Positions 1 to 14,249 of a DNA stretch of 64,000 nt are shown here, in pieces (position 1 is the first letter of the stretch; every line of letters begins with the position of its first letter). The DNA is taken from assembly GCF_006345805.1 (NCBI RefSeq), contig NW_021833051.1:1-64000 (forward strand), read 5' to 3'. The stretch comes from Octopus sinensis. Its lineage: Eukaryota. Below the pieces are notes generated by a model that worked only from the letters and a program-made list of their open reading frames with translations, did no database searches and was not told the origin of the DNA. Both the position numbers and the translations under genes were made by a program.

Positions 1-239
1 ATGATATATATATACTTATTTGCATGCATACACACATACGTACATATATACATACAGACACACATATGTGTGTGTATATAATATTCATACTTTTATACAT
101 ACATAGACATACTTTCATGGTACACACATATAATGTATATATGTATAATATATGTATGTATGTATATTATATATATATATATATATATGCGCACGCGCGT
201 GTTTGTGTTTAAGTGAATTTATATATAAAAGCGATTTAA

Positions 240-535
240 GATTAAATTGAAGGATCACTCAACACATTTTAATAGAATAAATATTTATTAATTTCATACA
301 AGGAAAGAGCTAAACGTTGACAGTGATTTTGAAATTTTGTAATATAAGAATGGTAAAGTATATTTGAATATACTTTACATAGTGCAAACACTATCAGACG
401 TAGAACATATTACGTGGAGCAAGAGTGGACAGATATGTCTATTATTTGTAAAATAGATCGGTTACTCTGAGTCTTGTCTCGTGTTTCACTCCTGAAGAGT
501 CTAGCCCCGGGCAAGAATCTTCGCGAGTAAGTTCT
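240..535 (+). mobile_element. Degenerate Penelope-like element end (GIY-YIG C-terminus plus degenerate hammerhead motif)
   Basis: Broken frame LNVDSDFEIL*YKNGKVYLNIL resembles the F-x-IL...L-x-ILE end of the PLE endonuclease; followed by CTGAAGA (492-498) ... GAATC-T-TCGCGA-GTA (515-529). Confidence 0.35.
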
Positions 536-977
536 TTGTTCATTGGTATTATTTATAATAATAATTTAATTGTCTACGTTGTAATAATAATCAGGTGTTG
601 GTATAATATACATACTACACTAATGTTAGGTTCCTGCTAATTACTATTGTTTCCCAGGCAGCGTTTATGCTGTTAACGTTGATGACACCTCCGCTGGATT
701 GAATAGTTTTACTCAAGAGTCAAACCATAGTGTATCTGTTTGGCAGCTGATGATGGTTTTACATATTTTTATGCTTGCTTACAATTATTTTTTTTTATTT
801 CTTAGTCTCTTTATTCTGAGTTATCCTTCTTCTAGCAAAGTGGAAAGTGTGTTGTGGGTTCCATGGTTATGGAGATACTTACAGTGATATTGGTGTTGTG
901 TAGTCTCATATAATAATCTCTATTAAGCTACATAACGTTGGATATTGGTGTTTAGTTTTATGGACATTCTGTGTGCG

Positions 978-984
978 TATATAT

Positions 985-1016
<32 letters not shown>

Positions 1017-1241
1017 GATATATATATATATATATATATCTATATGTGTGTGGGTGTGTGTGTGTGTGTATGTGTTGTTGTGTGTGTGTGTGTGCGTGTG
1101 TGTATTTGTATTATATGTATATGTACTTAATGTATATATGTTTCTTAATTGTATGCATTAAGATGTCTTTAAATAAATATATATATAATATATATATATC
1201 TATATAGATACTTTATTTAATATATATATTATATATATATC

Positions 1242-1310
<69 letters not shown>

Positions 1311-1331
1311 ATATACATACCTATATATATA

Positions 1332-1399
<68 letters not shown>

Positions 1400-1485
1400 A
1401 TATATCATATATATATACATATATATACCATATATATTATATATATCTATATATATATATATATATATATATGATATATATATAG
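978..1485. repeat. Compound (TA)n/(GT)n microsatellites
   Basis: Direct reading. Confidence 0.95.
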
Positions 1486-1530
1486 CAAATAATAATTCTC
1501 TAAATGAGATATAGACAGTGACTGCTCCGT

Positions 1531-1933
<403 letters not shown>

Positions 1934-2073
1934 AGGAATAACCATCAAAGTGAATTCCTAAAATGCTAGAAAAAGACACCTACCACGAGGAAGGAGTTCT
2001 CAAAAGTTTCAGTAAACGCCAGAATGTAAGCGAGCAAGACAAATGAAAGTTACAAGATTCGGCATTAAACTCC

Positions 2074-2167
<94 letters not shown>

Positions 2168-2341
2168 GAGAGAGAGAGAGGAGAGAGAGAGGGAGATTGA
2201 AAGAGCGGTTAGTTTGGCAAGAGAAGATTGTATAAAATGTTAGCAATGAAGGAAAAATCAGAGAGAAAAGACAACAGTAACAAACAATTCATGTACATGT
2301 TGGCGTATTGTTAACACTATTGTATCAACGAAGGTTGACGG

Positions 2342-2465
2342 TTAGGTGTCTGGTTTTATTTGTGCTAAATTCTTAGCAACAGCATCTGTTAATTCTCTCC
2401 AGTTAGGCGTATTATGCAGTTGAATCAGATTTACTATTTTTTCGTTATCCATTTTATACAGATAA
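2342..2465 (-). CDS. Candidate terminal coding exon (phase 2): YLYKMDNEKIVNLIQLHNTPNWRELTDAVAKNLAQIKPDT*
   Basis: Acceptor-like TTTCTCTCTTTCACAAAG then an open non-repetitive frame to TAA at 2342; no homology recognised. Confidence 0.3.
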
Positions 2466-2625
2466 CTTTGTGAAAGAGAGAAATTAACTATCTTGACCAC
2501 CCAATGTACACCTACACACGTATAAAGACACACACACAAACACACACACACAATTATATGCATGTACATTAATAGATGTAAATTTGTGAAATAGGTGTAT
2601 GTACACGCATATACACGCGTATATC

Positions 2626-2629
2626 TATA

Positions 2630-2697
<68 letters not shown>

Positions 2698-2703
2698 AGT
2701 CTG

Positions 2704-2764
<61 letters not shown>

Positions 2765-2788
2765 ATCTATCTATCTATCTATCTATCC

Positions 2789-2840
<52 letters not shown>

Positions 2841-2941
2841 CGTACCTTCTCTCTCTCGCTCTATCTTTATCTAAGTACCTTCTCTCCCCCTCTCCCTCTC
2901 TTTATCTACCTACATACCTGCCTACCTACTTACCTACCTCC

Positions 2942-3035
<94 letters not shown>

Positions 3036-3064
3036 CGTCCGTCCGTCCGTCCGTCCGTCCGTCC

Positions 3065-3097
<33 letters not shown>

Positions 3098-3100
3098 CCT
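2626..3100. repeat. (CTAT)n/(CTGT)n/(CCGT)n tetranucleotide array
   Basis: Direct reading. Confidence 0.95.
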
Positions 3101-3645
3101 TTCTATCTATTTTACATTTGTATTTCTATTCGTGTAGATGTTTATATTGAATTACGTATATACATGTTTATATATGTATGTATGCATGTGCGTGTTGGTG
3201 TCACACACCGATTGTGTTCCCACGTATGTTCAATCTCTTTGCTCCAAGCGTGTATCGTTGTTTTGTTTTAATCTTTTGAAAAAAAGCTGAAAGTAAAATG
3301 AGAATTCTAAAAGCTGGTCGACAACTAAACATCGAAGACACAATCAAAGACCACCGCCGCCACCACCACCACCACCACCACCACCATTACAACATCTACA
3401 AAAAAAGACTGTAACAACAGCAACAGCATGAATCTAAATCAAGATTTCTGTTCTCTGTGATGGGGGTGGTGGAGATGGATATCTGGATGATATTTTTTTT
3501 TTTACATTTGGCAAATATCAAGATAAGAATTCTTGGATAGTTCACTGATTATGGCGACAATGTGCAGCTGTATACAATGACACCAACGTACACATTTGCA
3601 TACAAACACACGTGCATACAAACACACAACACACAACACACACAC

Positions 3646-3676
<31 letters not shown>

Positions 3677-3774
3677 TATATATGCATATGTGTATGTACG
3701 TGTATATGTATTTTTATTACTAGGTTCTTAAGTACAATTTATGTATTTAAATATTATATTCATTAAAGTGCTGT

Positions 3775-3806
<32 letters not shown>

Positions 3807-3909
3807 TGTATGTATGTATGTATGTATGTATGTATCTATTTATTTATTTATTTAGAATATTAACTGAATAGAGGACGCATTGCAAGATATTTAGTGAAGT
3901 AATATATTA

Positions 3910-3940
3910 CTAGCAGCTAAGCCCGGTTTCACCCGGTCTG
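3910..3940 (-). mobile_element. Helitron-like 3' end
   Basis: Minus strand CCGGGTGAAACCGGG hairpin then GCTGCTAG; same end design as the elements at 27787, 40545 and 52767. Confidence 0.55.
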
Positions 3941-4944
3941 TTTGGATGATGTGACTGTGATCGTTTTCGGTTAGGCATTATCTATAACAGCGTTTCTCAA
4001 ACGTTTCATTTCGGGTCCCCTGTTTCGATTGGAGCCCCCAGATGCATGAAAATTTCTGAGAGTTATTCTATTGAACCTCTGTCTAATCATTAAAACATTG
4101 ATTTAATTATGGACATAGAAAGAAATTATACATTAATCTCTATTTTTGTAAGTAGTTGTATCCGTAAATATTTTATTTGTAGAAATAGCAGAAATTGAAA
4201 GTATATGAAATAGACGCGCGCGTGCGTGCTTGCTTGCGTGTGTATATGTGAGAGAGAAAGAGGGTGAGAAAGAAAGATTAAGATTATTAACCCCACAAAG
4301 AAGTAAAAGAAGTTTTGGCTGACTGTTATCCTGTACTCCCCTTGTTGCTAGCGAAATGGTATATGCCGGCTGTGTGAGCAACTGGTTGTTTTAATGGCGG
4401 AACAAACAAGGGAATTCCATTAGAAAATGTTTTAATCGATTTTCTCGGTAACTATGGGGACTAGGAAGAAAATACAAACCGTATTCCAATCTATGCACCC
4501 GTCTCCACATGTGTGCCATTTTTCACGCGAATCCACCCAGCCGTTTGGCTGTGAACCTCAAGACAAGAAAGAATACAGCGATCACCCATGTCCAATTTAT
4601 ATTATGGAATATATCAACGACTTAAAGATTTATGACTGCCACTTCAGAGTTTTGCCAATGGTTTGCTCTTCAAATTCCGCAGAATATTAAGATTAGGACA
4701 TTTAATGGCGGTTCCTCAACATGGTCAGGACCTCTGGCTTAAACGAGTAAAAGATAAAAAGATATAAATACTTATAAGTGCTTTACAAGATGAAATGGAT
4801 ATCATTGGTAATAATCATCAGATTCCAGAGGTGGAAGATTGGTGAAAACATTTATTAGAAAATAAAGGGATCTACTGTTATTTAATTAATCTGTAGACAC
4901 GGAATATTTATGGGGTGAACAGGAAGTAATACGAAATAAGGAAT

Positions 4945-5729
4945 CAGAGTGGGTTGCTTCCCAACCACATGGTTCCAGGTTCAGTCTCACTGCATAGCAC
5001 CTTGGATAAGTGTCTTCTACTATGGCCTCGAGCCGACCAAAGCCCTATCAGTGGATTTGGTAGACGGAAACTGAAAGAAGTCTATCGTGTGTATGTTGAG
5101 ACCCCTTTCGGTCATGACTGACCATAGGATTGCACGTAGAAAGTTACCCTCCCAGGCACAAGTCTGGGCAAGGTTGTTTATGGAAGACCAGCAGTCGTCC
5201 ATGCATACCGTCCTCCCCTCTCCATGCCACCAGTGTTATCCAAGGGAAAGGCAAAGGGTGATACAGCTTGGCACCTTTGAGGCCGTAATTCATTTCTATA
5301 GCTGAGTGAACTGGAGCAACGTGAAATAAAGTGTCTTGCTCAAGAATACAACACGCAGCCCGGTCCGGGATTCGAACTCACAATCGTAAGCTCGACGCTC
5401 TAACCACTGAGCCATGCGCCTTTACTACGTGTGTATGTATGTATGTATGTATGTATGTATGTATGTATGTATGTATGTATGTATGTATGTATTTGTGTGT
5501 ATGAATGTGTCTTTCTGCCTGTGTCTGTCCCCATTATTGCTTAACAAAAGGGGCTGGTATGCTTACGCCTCTCTAAAGTAGCGGTTCGGCAAAAGAAACC
5601 GATAGAATAAGTAACAGGCATAAAAAAAAAAACCAGTTCTAGAGCCGATTCATTCAACTAAAAATTCTTCAGTATGGTACCTCAGCATGGCCGCAGTCTA
5701 ATGACTGAAGCAAGTAAAAGATAAAAAAT
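4945..5729 (+). mobile_element. tRNA-derived SINE type A interrupted by a type C SINE
   Basis: Head/core ...CACCTTGGATAAGTGTCTTCTACTAT..., central microsatellite, tail CATGGCCGCAGTCTAATGACTGAAGCAAGTAAAAG; matches many copies in the window. Confidence 0.85.
5101..5420 (-). mobile_element. tRNA-derived SINE type C
   Basis: Minus strand GGCGCATGGCTCAGTGGTTAGAGC (A box) ... GAGTTCGAATCCC (B box); copies at 10212, 27221 and 50330. Confidence 0.88.
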
Positions 5730-6684
5730 ACATGTATGGGAAAATCAGAGGTGTAATATGCATAAGGTAATAAGTGTTTTAACAGTTGGAACGCCATAAC
5801 AGATTTAAACACGAACACCAAGATTTGAAATTTTGACTGAAACTTTATAAATAGAACGTTTGAGATTAAATGAAGATTAGAGGAGAGATACTGGCGAACA
5901 GTTTTAACTAAATGTAACTAGAATATTATTTTAAAATTACTATGCACAGAGTTTTAGTTGTATGTAAGTTTAAAGTAGTTATACTAAGTTTTACTTGCGT
6001 TTGAGTTTAAATGGCTACGCTAAGTTAAGCTACTTTTAATCTCAAGTTTACGATATTTTCTAATGTGAAGCTGTTGATTTAGAATTAGACTACTTTGTTA
6101 GTAGCCTAAGGAAATGCTATGTGGAAGCATTGATGTTGAAACTAAATTAAAACTTATGAAGATCGTCTCATCAAAGGGAGATAATTAAATATTATTAGCC
6201 ATTTTCCCGACACTTCAAATATTACATACAAGTGCAAGAATGCACACATAAAGAGACGTGTTTTCTATTTATATGTCCAATTTCTAATAGGTTGCAAAAC
6301 TCCAGTAATAATAATAATGATTTCAAAGTTTGGTACAAGGCTAGTAATTTCAGGGGGTGAGGTAAGTCGATTACATCGATCCTAGTGTTCAACTTGTATA
6401 TATTTTATCGACTGCTTGGAACCGCTTGAATACTCCGGAAGGTGCTCGAAAAATAAGGGGTGTTACCTTAGTTTACTGGTAGTGAACAGTTGACACCGTA
6501 GTACATCTCCAGCGTTGAAAGCTTTGCAAAGACAATAAATAATAATAAAAGTTTATATAATCACATATATATATACACACATAGGTATGTGTATACGTAT
6601 GCACATGCGTATACATGTTTATACACACGCGCGCTCACATACACACCACACATAATTATAACTTGTTCGGACTACTTCATATTG

Positions 6685-6724
6685 TATTACTCAGAGTTTC
6701 ATGTGCAACACCAGTCATCAGACG
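6685..6724 (-). ncRNA. Hammerhead-like motif with canonical core and weak stems (PLE-type)
   Basis: Minus strand CGT-CTGATGA-CTGGTGTTGCACAT-GAAAC-TCTGA-GTA-ATA; stems I and II poorly paired. Confidence 0.45.
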
Positions 6725-6854
6725 AAGATAGGGAGTAGTGAGATTTCTCGTACATTCGATAACAGCCAACCGGAGAGAGTTACAGTTAAGTGAACTGGCA
6801 TTTGTGTGGAGTGACTGATAAAGGTTGAACCGCTAAGTGTTTGGATTAAAAACT

Positions 6855-7170
6855 ATAGCCTCGGGCCGACTAAAGCCTTGTGAGTGGATTTGGTAGACGG
6901 TAACTGAAAGAAGCCCGTCGTATATATGTATATATATGTATGTGTATGTGTGTGTTTGAGTGTCTGTGTTTGTTCCCCTAACATCGCTTGACAACCGATG
7001 CTGGTGTATTTGCGCCCCCGTAACTTAGCGGTTCGGCAAAAGACACCGATAGAATAAGTACTAGGCTTACAAAGAATAAGTCATGGGGTCGATTTGCTCG
7101 ACTAAAGGCGGTGCTCCAGCATGGCCGCAGTCAAGTGACTGAAACAAGTAAAAGAGTAAAAGAGTAAAGA
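6855..7170 (+). mobile_element. SINE type A, 5'-truncated
   Basis: Well-preserved core and tail ending in (AGTAAAAG)n. Confidence 0.9.
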
Positions 7171-7434
7171 GTATTAAATTGTTCCGTTTAGGAACGCAAT
7201 GAAACGTCTGCAATAGATTTGAACTTTGTCCATTTCTTTAAGAATATATATATACACACACGTTAATATCGAACCGTGAGAACGAGTGCTTAGCACCGTG
7301 TTGGTGGATAAATATTCTTTATTTGTGCCTTACCAAGGCTACCAATGGTTTCATATATAGAGAAATCTCTCAACAATTGTCAAGCCTGCCACATGGAAGC
7401 GTTCGCACTCGTCTCCATTTTTTAAAATCTTCTG

Positions 7435-8160
7435 CTGGTTTCAGCCAGAGGCTGAGGCCATGCCGGAGCACTGCCTTTCAGCGTGACTAGGTTTCTTTTC
7501 AGTTCTTTTTCTGGTGAAGTAGAGAGTTGGGTGGAGCTGCTTTTATTTGTGTCTCCTGTCGCAATGGGGACTCATCCGGTATCTCAGTTAAATATCTGTC
7601 CAGACGCTCTTTGAATACCTTCATATTTTCATCTCTCAAATCTCTGAGCTTGTTTGGCAGAATGTTGAATTGTTGTGAACCCTTGAAGCTCAAGCTGTTA
7701 CAGTACTGGGTCCATATTCCAGATGGAGAAGACGGGATCTTAGATACTATGCAGTGCCGTCTATCTCGGTGGTTGGTATAGCTTGGTGTAAGATGTTATT
7801 GTTTCTTGTCGGAAAGAGTATGGTATGCTTCATAAACAGCCTTTTCCTAAGATCAGAAATTCTGCTTGACTGCGCTCTTTGCGTGTCAATCCGAAGGTTA
7901 TGTCGCCTTCCAGCCGTCCGCTGTTGGGGACGTTGAAGCACATTAATACAGTAATCTTGTTTTTTAGTATTTCTTTTATTATTGTAATTCTTTCCTCAAA
8001 TTTACCATCGTAATTTGAGGCATCGGGAGGGCGATATAATGTGCATCTTTCCACACCAGGTTGCTTTAAATACACTAAGAATGTTTCACGGACTATGTTT
8101 GAATATGACAGGGTTAGTGGTGTGACATCTTCACAGACGTACAACGAAGCATTTCTGAAA
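7435..8160 (-). mobile_element. CR1/L2-like LINE remnant: AP-endonuclease piece joined to the ORF2 C-terminus and 3' UTR
   Basis: Minus frames YVCEDV...TLYRPPD (APE-like) and FNILPNKLRDL...FKERLDRYLTEIPDE...AAPPNSLLHQ (typical CR1-group C-terminus); stop at 7499. Confidence 0.8.
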
Positions 8161-8764
8161 TCACATCCTACTGTCTTAGAAAGAAAGTACGTTTTGTATA
8201 GTATAAGCCTAGGTTATAGCATTACAATGCGAAAGTATATCGAAAATGCTTGCCCCGGTATAGAAATCGGTAAAACGAAACATTTACTGATTTGTGCGAA
8301 ATGTAGTCACATCAACAGGCCAGTTGGATCTGGGCTGAAACGAGGTTAGACGATAACAACAACACCATCAACACCACAATCAAAGAACATATGCATAACC
8401 TTTTAGAACTAACAGTCATACCGTTCTCAGATCATATTCTACATTATTAAAAACTGGGATGTCATGCAGAGTAATACATTCCTAGATTTGCAAAAAAGAC
8501 GAGAGGTGGGAATGCCTTTGATTAAATATCTGTTTATTCGACGTTGAACTGGGACTAAACAACAACAACGTCAACAACTACCAGTGGAGTAAGTTGTGGT
8601 AGAGGTAGTAGAGGTGGCAGAAGTAGTAGTAACAATAGTGGTGATCGTGCTGATGGTAGATTCAATGTATGGAGCTAATTGCCTTGAAGCTGCCCTGGAA
8701 AGGAAGCCAATCCTGATAAACCGTTTCTATAAATGAAAGATTATATATATATATATATATATAG

Positions 8765-8797
<33 letters not shown>

Positions 8798-8803
8798 TAT
8801 ATA

Positions 8804-8839
<36 letters not shown>

Positions 8840-10211
8840 TGTATGTATGTATGTATGTATGTATGCTTGTATGTATGTATGTATGTATGTATGTATGTAT
8901 GTATGTATGTATGTATGTATGTATGTATGCATGTATCTCTCTATCTATCTATTTATAATTTCCAAATTTTCAAGCCTTTCATACCTAAAGCGTAAACATG
9001 AAAAATATTTTTGGCCTCTAATGTAAAGTTAAAGAAATATTACTGAGAAAGAGGGGGGAATATTGTATGTTTTTACCGTTGAAAAGAATATTTCTCTTTT
9101 TTTTTTTCATTTAATCTGCATCATAAATAATTTCTTGATTGTACACGACAGAGATTCTGTTCGCACTTTCTATGAGAGCTACACAGATGCTGGCATGCTA
9201 CTACTTACACCACAATGACATGTAGTTTCTACTGCAGACAATCTGTATTCTTTTATCGATTAGGATCACAAATATAATAAGTACATACCTCAAGTGTCGA
9301 CCTTAACACACAAATAACAATGGAATTCAAGATGTTGGAAGATTTTGTAAAAATTTTCCAATTTTCCCATGACTGGTAACTGGGCACAATTATATACCAT
9401 TCTCTCGCTCTGCCAAAATAATACTCGGGTATAAAATGTCATAGTCGCAGAACCAAATTGTTGTATAATATGGATTTATTTATTCATATATATTTTTTTA
9501 TCTGCGATTCACAAATAATAATATTTTCGTGCCAATATACTCTAAAGTACTTCCGCGTGGACAATAACCTCTTTTACTCGACAAGGGTCTCAGTAATTAT
9601 GTTGGTTATATTCTGAGTGTGAACAACCTGCATCGCTACTTTAACACAAAAGCATGAAATCCATACGTTGAATACGATTAATATGCAATGCAAGCCCTGA
9701 TATACAAATAGATGGAAAAAGAAACTCAACAGAACTCTGCTGGAGAAGCTTTTAATGACTTGCCATTATGGTGATGTCTTGAGGCAATCCAATAAATATG
9801 AGAAGAATTAATAGCAAGAGTAATTGTATTACTAGATTGAAAAATTAGTTTATGCATTTACTTCAAGATATGATATAAAGAAAAATTTAAGTCAAAAGAG
9901 AAATAGGAAAAATATTCTAATTTCTGTCCATTTATTTGGCTATTAAATCAAATTTGCAATGATGATCATAATGAGAAACAAAACGATTACAGCAGATGTT
10001 CTCCAATAAACGTTTGTGAACTGTTCTGTCTGACGATAACAAAAGTAGAGCATCACAGCTAATATTTACGATGATGATTAGAAAAAACACCTGGGGACGC
10101 CTGCTGCATAAACAACTTAGTTGTAAAAAGAATGCTAAATGACGTAGTAAACCATGGAATTTTAATTAATTTCATTTACATCCTTAGTGATGATAACTAA
10201 AAGAAAAAAAG

Positions 10212-10533
10212 ACCTCCTTTGATCATGAATGACCATGGGATTGCACCTAGAAAGTTCCCCTCCGAAGTACAAGTCCGGGTAAATTTGTTTATAGAAGATT
10301 AGCAGCCCCTATGCATATCAGCCCCCACTTCTCCATGCCACCAATGTTATCCAAGGGAAAGGCTGATACAGCTTGGCATCGGTGATGCCACAACTCATTT
10401 CTACAGCTGAGTGAACTGGAGCAACGTGAAATAAAATGTCTTGCTCAGGAACACGACTCACAGCTAGGTCCGGGAATCGAACTCATTAACTCATGATTGT
10501 AAGCCCGACGCTCTAACAACAGAGTCATGTGCC
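10212..10533 (-). mobile_element. SINE type C
   Basis: Colinear with 5101-5420. Confidence 0.85.
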
Positions 10534-10699
10534 TTTTTTTCTTGAGTAGAATTGATAATTTGGATAATTTTTGATGATAACAGTTATTATCTAAATTATC
10601 ACTTTTACTCAAGAAAACAAAAAACAAAAACAAAGCAGGGGAAGCAAGCGTAGTGGGGAGTGATAACTCTAGACAATTTCGGTGTAATTAGACCTTATT

Positions 10700-11672
10700 A
10701 GCAGTGTAATCGGATCTTTTCGCTTTGACTGGCAGATTTTAAAAATAATTTCTATGTAACTAAAAAATTTTAAACTTCGTATACTGGTAGAATGTGTTTA
10801 TAAAACATCTTTTTCTCTTGGCTTCCTTGAGAAAATTCTGTAGTTTCTAACATATTTGTTGTTTAATTTCTTGCATTTCGGCAATTCCAACCAATCAATG
10901 ACGTCTATTGAGGTGAAAACAATATCTGCCGAAGTCTGTCAACAAAAAGTTTTTGCGGTGTCATATGAAAATGTCCCTGCTATTTATGAGAAAAAAGATA
11001 CCCTGTGGCCATAAACTGAGGGGTCACTCGTAAACAGAGCTGGATAACAAAACCGTTCCCTCTTTAATGTCCACCCATAATTATGACCCTAGTATCGATC
11101 TATTGCATTTCAATCTGTTTTAGGGTTAGGGTTAGAGTTAGGGTTAGTTAGGGTTAGGGTTAAAGTTAGGGTTAGGGGTGGGGGGAAGGGTATCTTTTTT
11201 TCTTCAGAAATGTAAATAAACCCAATCTGTTTCTTAAACGAATATATAATATGTAATGTGTGCAACAGAGAGGAAAATTAAAACTGCATATGTTGTGAAC
11301 TTAGAATATGTGTATATTAATAAAAGTTAACTAACGATAATCTTTTATTCATACGAACGTAACTGATATGAAATATGTCATAAATAGCAGGAACATTTTC
11401 ATATGACACCGCAAAAAATTGTTGTTGACAGACTTCGACAGATATTGTTTTCACCTCAATAGACGTCATTGATTGGTTGAAATTGCCGAAAATTAAAAAA
11501 TTAAAGAGGAAATAGCTTACAAACTACAGAATTTTCTCAAGAAAACCAAGAGAAAAAGATGCTTTATAAACACATTCTACCAGTATACGAAGTTTAAAAG
11601 TGGTTAGTTACATAGAAATTATTTAAAAAATCTGCCGGTCAAAGCGAAAAGATCCGTGTAATCGTTACTGCT
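10700..11672. mobile_element. Foldback/MITE-like element with about 290 bp terminal inverted repeats and internal (TTAGGG)n
   Basis: 10700-10990 is the reverse complement of about 11378-11672; degenerate TTAGGG run at 11121-11177. Confidence 0.85.
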
Positions 11673-12428
11673 GGCAAGAATGCAGTCGTTCGGCCATTAA
11701 TATACATGTAAGTGGTTGAGTATTACTCAGACACGTGTATCCTTAACTTAATTTTTAGGCCGGACCATCTTGAAGCAATGTGCTACAAGTCTGAACTTTT
11801 GAATTACAGATACAATCAATTCGACAGGTTTCCACACAGTTTCCTCCTACCAAATTTCCTTCACAAAGCTGGGTTAACCCCACAAACAAGCCTAAGACAG
11901 TATGCGCTAGCACTTAACCCAAGATCTCATGACAGCGAAGTGAACGTTTTTAACCACACGACCATGTTTGCGTCCAATCAGTTCGCATATCAGTCGAGAA
12001 GTATATACGATTTTTATGAATGAATACCTGCCATTATCCAATTTTTGAAATCAATCGCTGATTATCTCACAAAATATACCCCACCCAAACAGCAACAATA
12101 ACAGCAATAGTAGCAGCAACAACAATAACTAACCCATTTTCGGTAATGTGTTCTTATAGAGAACTGACTCGTTATACGTAAAGATTTGCTAATGTCGTGA
12201 CAGATTGAACGATCTGGCAAATACTCATTTAGAGATTGCGTTGTCAGAGGAAAAATATACGATGTTATATTCGGTTGGTTAATTTTCTTTTGTTTTCTAT
12301 GTCGAAAACATCAAAAGGAACATTATATGTATGTATGTATATACGCATGTATGTATGTATGTATGTATGTATGTATGTATGTATGTATGTATGTATGTAT
12401 GTATGTATGTATGAAATATATATATATA

Positions 12429-12494
<66 letters not shown>

Positions 12495-12832
12495 TATGTA
12501 TATGTGTACATGTATGTACGCATATATATATATATATATATATATTCACATATTCTTTTATCTATCACTATTGTTTGTAATTAAATTAAGAACAAGCATA
12601 TATAAATAATGTGTATGGCTTTGACATGACCTTCGTAAAAGGAAATCGGTTGCTTTTTTGATCAACACAAAGAAAATATATAAGAAAAAAATGCAAGAAC
12701 AAGCAAACAAGAAAACCAGATGTTACGGAATCTAATTACATTAACTTTGAATAGAAAATAGAAAATAACAGTGTGTGATTTTGTTTTATAATGTGAAGTT
12801 GAGCTACAACTATATGGTGATGATGCTACAGG

Positions 12833-13013
12833 CAGTAGCATAGCTTGGGGATGGCAAAGGGGTCGGTTTGCCCCGGGTAACGCTTTTACGGAGGTAGCGC
12901 TCTTGTGCTTGCTGTATTAGCTTATATAAGCTTAGAGGCTTAGGTGCGCGCACATGTGTGTGTGGACAACTCTAAGGTTACTCCGAGCGGCACATACTCT
13001 TGCTACGCCACTG
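12833..13013. mobile_element. Short hAT-like MITE
   Basis: TIRs CAGTAGCATAGC / GCTACGCCACTG (10 of 12 complementary); no clean 8-bp TSD. Confidence 0.5.
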
Positions 13014-13288
13014 CACAGGGTTGGAACCAGGCATTCGACGATATTGGCTAAAAGTCTTTATGGACAGACAACCTTTACACCAAATAAAGCTGTGGTTTGA
13101 TCCTAGAATACATCTAAATGTTTGGTGAATTGCTATTTGGCAGTTTATCAAATAATTAATCTAGTGTAAATATTGGTTTATTTTGATCATTCAAAAAAAA
13201 AACCTTGGTACAGTTTAAAATAAGAGAAAAAAATAGGAGTGAAACACGTGTTATTGTCATAAGTATGATGCATGGGAATCAATATTCA

Positions 13289-13350
<62 letters not shown>

Positions 13351-13679
13351 AACTACTACCACCACCACCACCACCACCACAACCACCACCACCACCTCCT
13401 CCTCCTCCTCCCCCTCCTTTTCCTCCTCTTCTTTCTCCTCCTTCAACATTTCTTTCCCTACTTCTACGTTCTTTTCTTCAAACAACGTCATAATATTTTG
13501 GATGACCTCGCATTTTTTTTCTTTAGCTATTCCAGCAGTTTTGTATTGGTTGAAGCTAGCTACAGACATTCATGTGCACGCGAGAGATGAGAACCTCTTT
13601 CAGGAGGGATATCCAACTTTTGTCCTACTTTAGCGTCTTCTTTCTCTTCCTATAATTTCCAATAATTTTGCACCTTTAC

Positions 13680-13804
13680 CCGGTTCCATACCCACCCCAA
13701 TCATTGCAACACGATGGGGATAGGACTGATGTTTCGAGATTCAGGTCGGCCTTATGTTGAGCAGTGGGAATATACGGCTTCTCGGCTCTCTGCCTAATCG
13801 GTCT
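13680..13804 (-). CDS. Candidate internal coding exon (125 nt, phase 0 to 2): RPIRQRAEKPYIPTAQHKADLNLETSVLSPSCCNDWGGYGTG
   Basis: Polypyrimidine tract and TTCTAG acceptor, GG|GTAAAG donor, only one open frame, GC higher than flanks. Confidence 0.35.
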
Positions 13805-14023
13805 CTAGAACCGCTCGAAGGAAAAGAAAGAAAATAGACCAAAGCAAAACATCTTTAGCCAGAAGTCAATATAACTGAAGGCGAAAAGAACTGCAGTCTT
13901 CTGCAGTAGAACAAATAAAACAAGATACTAAATAAAGACAGAAAAATATATAGTTATGAAGTAGATGTATATATGTATATATACATACATACATACATAC
14001 ATACATACATACATACAAACATA

Positions 14024-14249
14024 GGCGGCGAGCTGGCAGACACGTTAGCATGCCGGGTGAAATGCGTAGCCGTATTTCGTCTGCCGTTACATTCTGAGTT
14101 CAAATTCCGCCGAGGTCGACTTTGCCTTTCATCCTTTCGGGGTAGATAAATTAAGTACCAGTTACGCACTGGGGTCGATATAATCGACTTAATCCCTTTG
14201 TCTGTCCTTGTTTGTCCCCTCTGTGTTTAGCCCCTTGTGGGTAGTAAAG

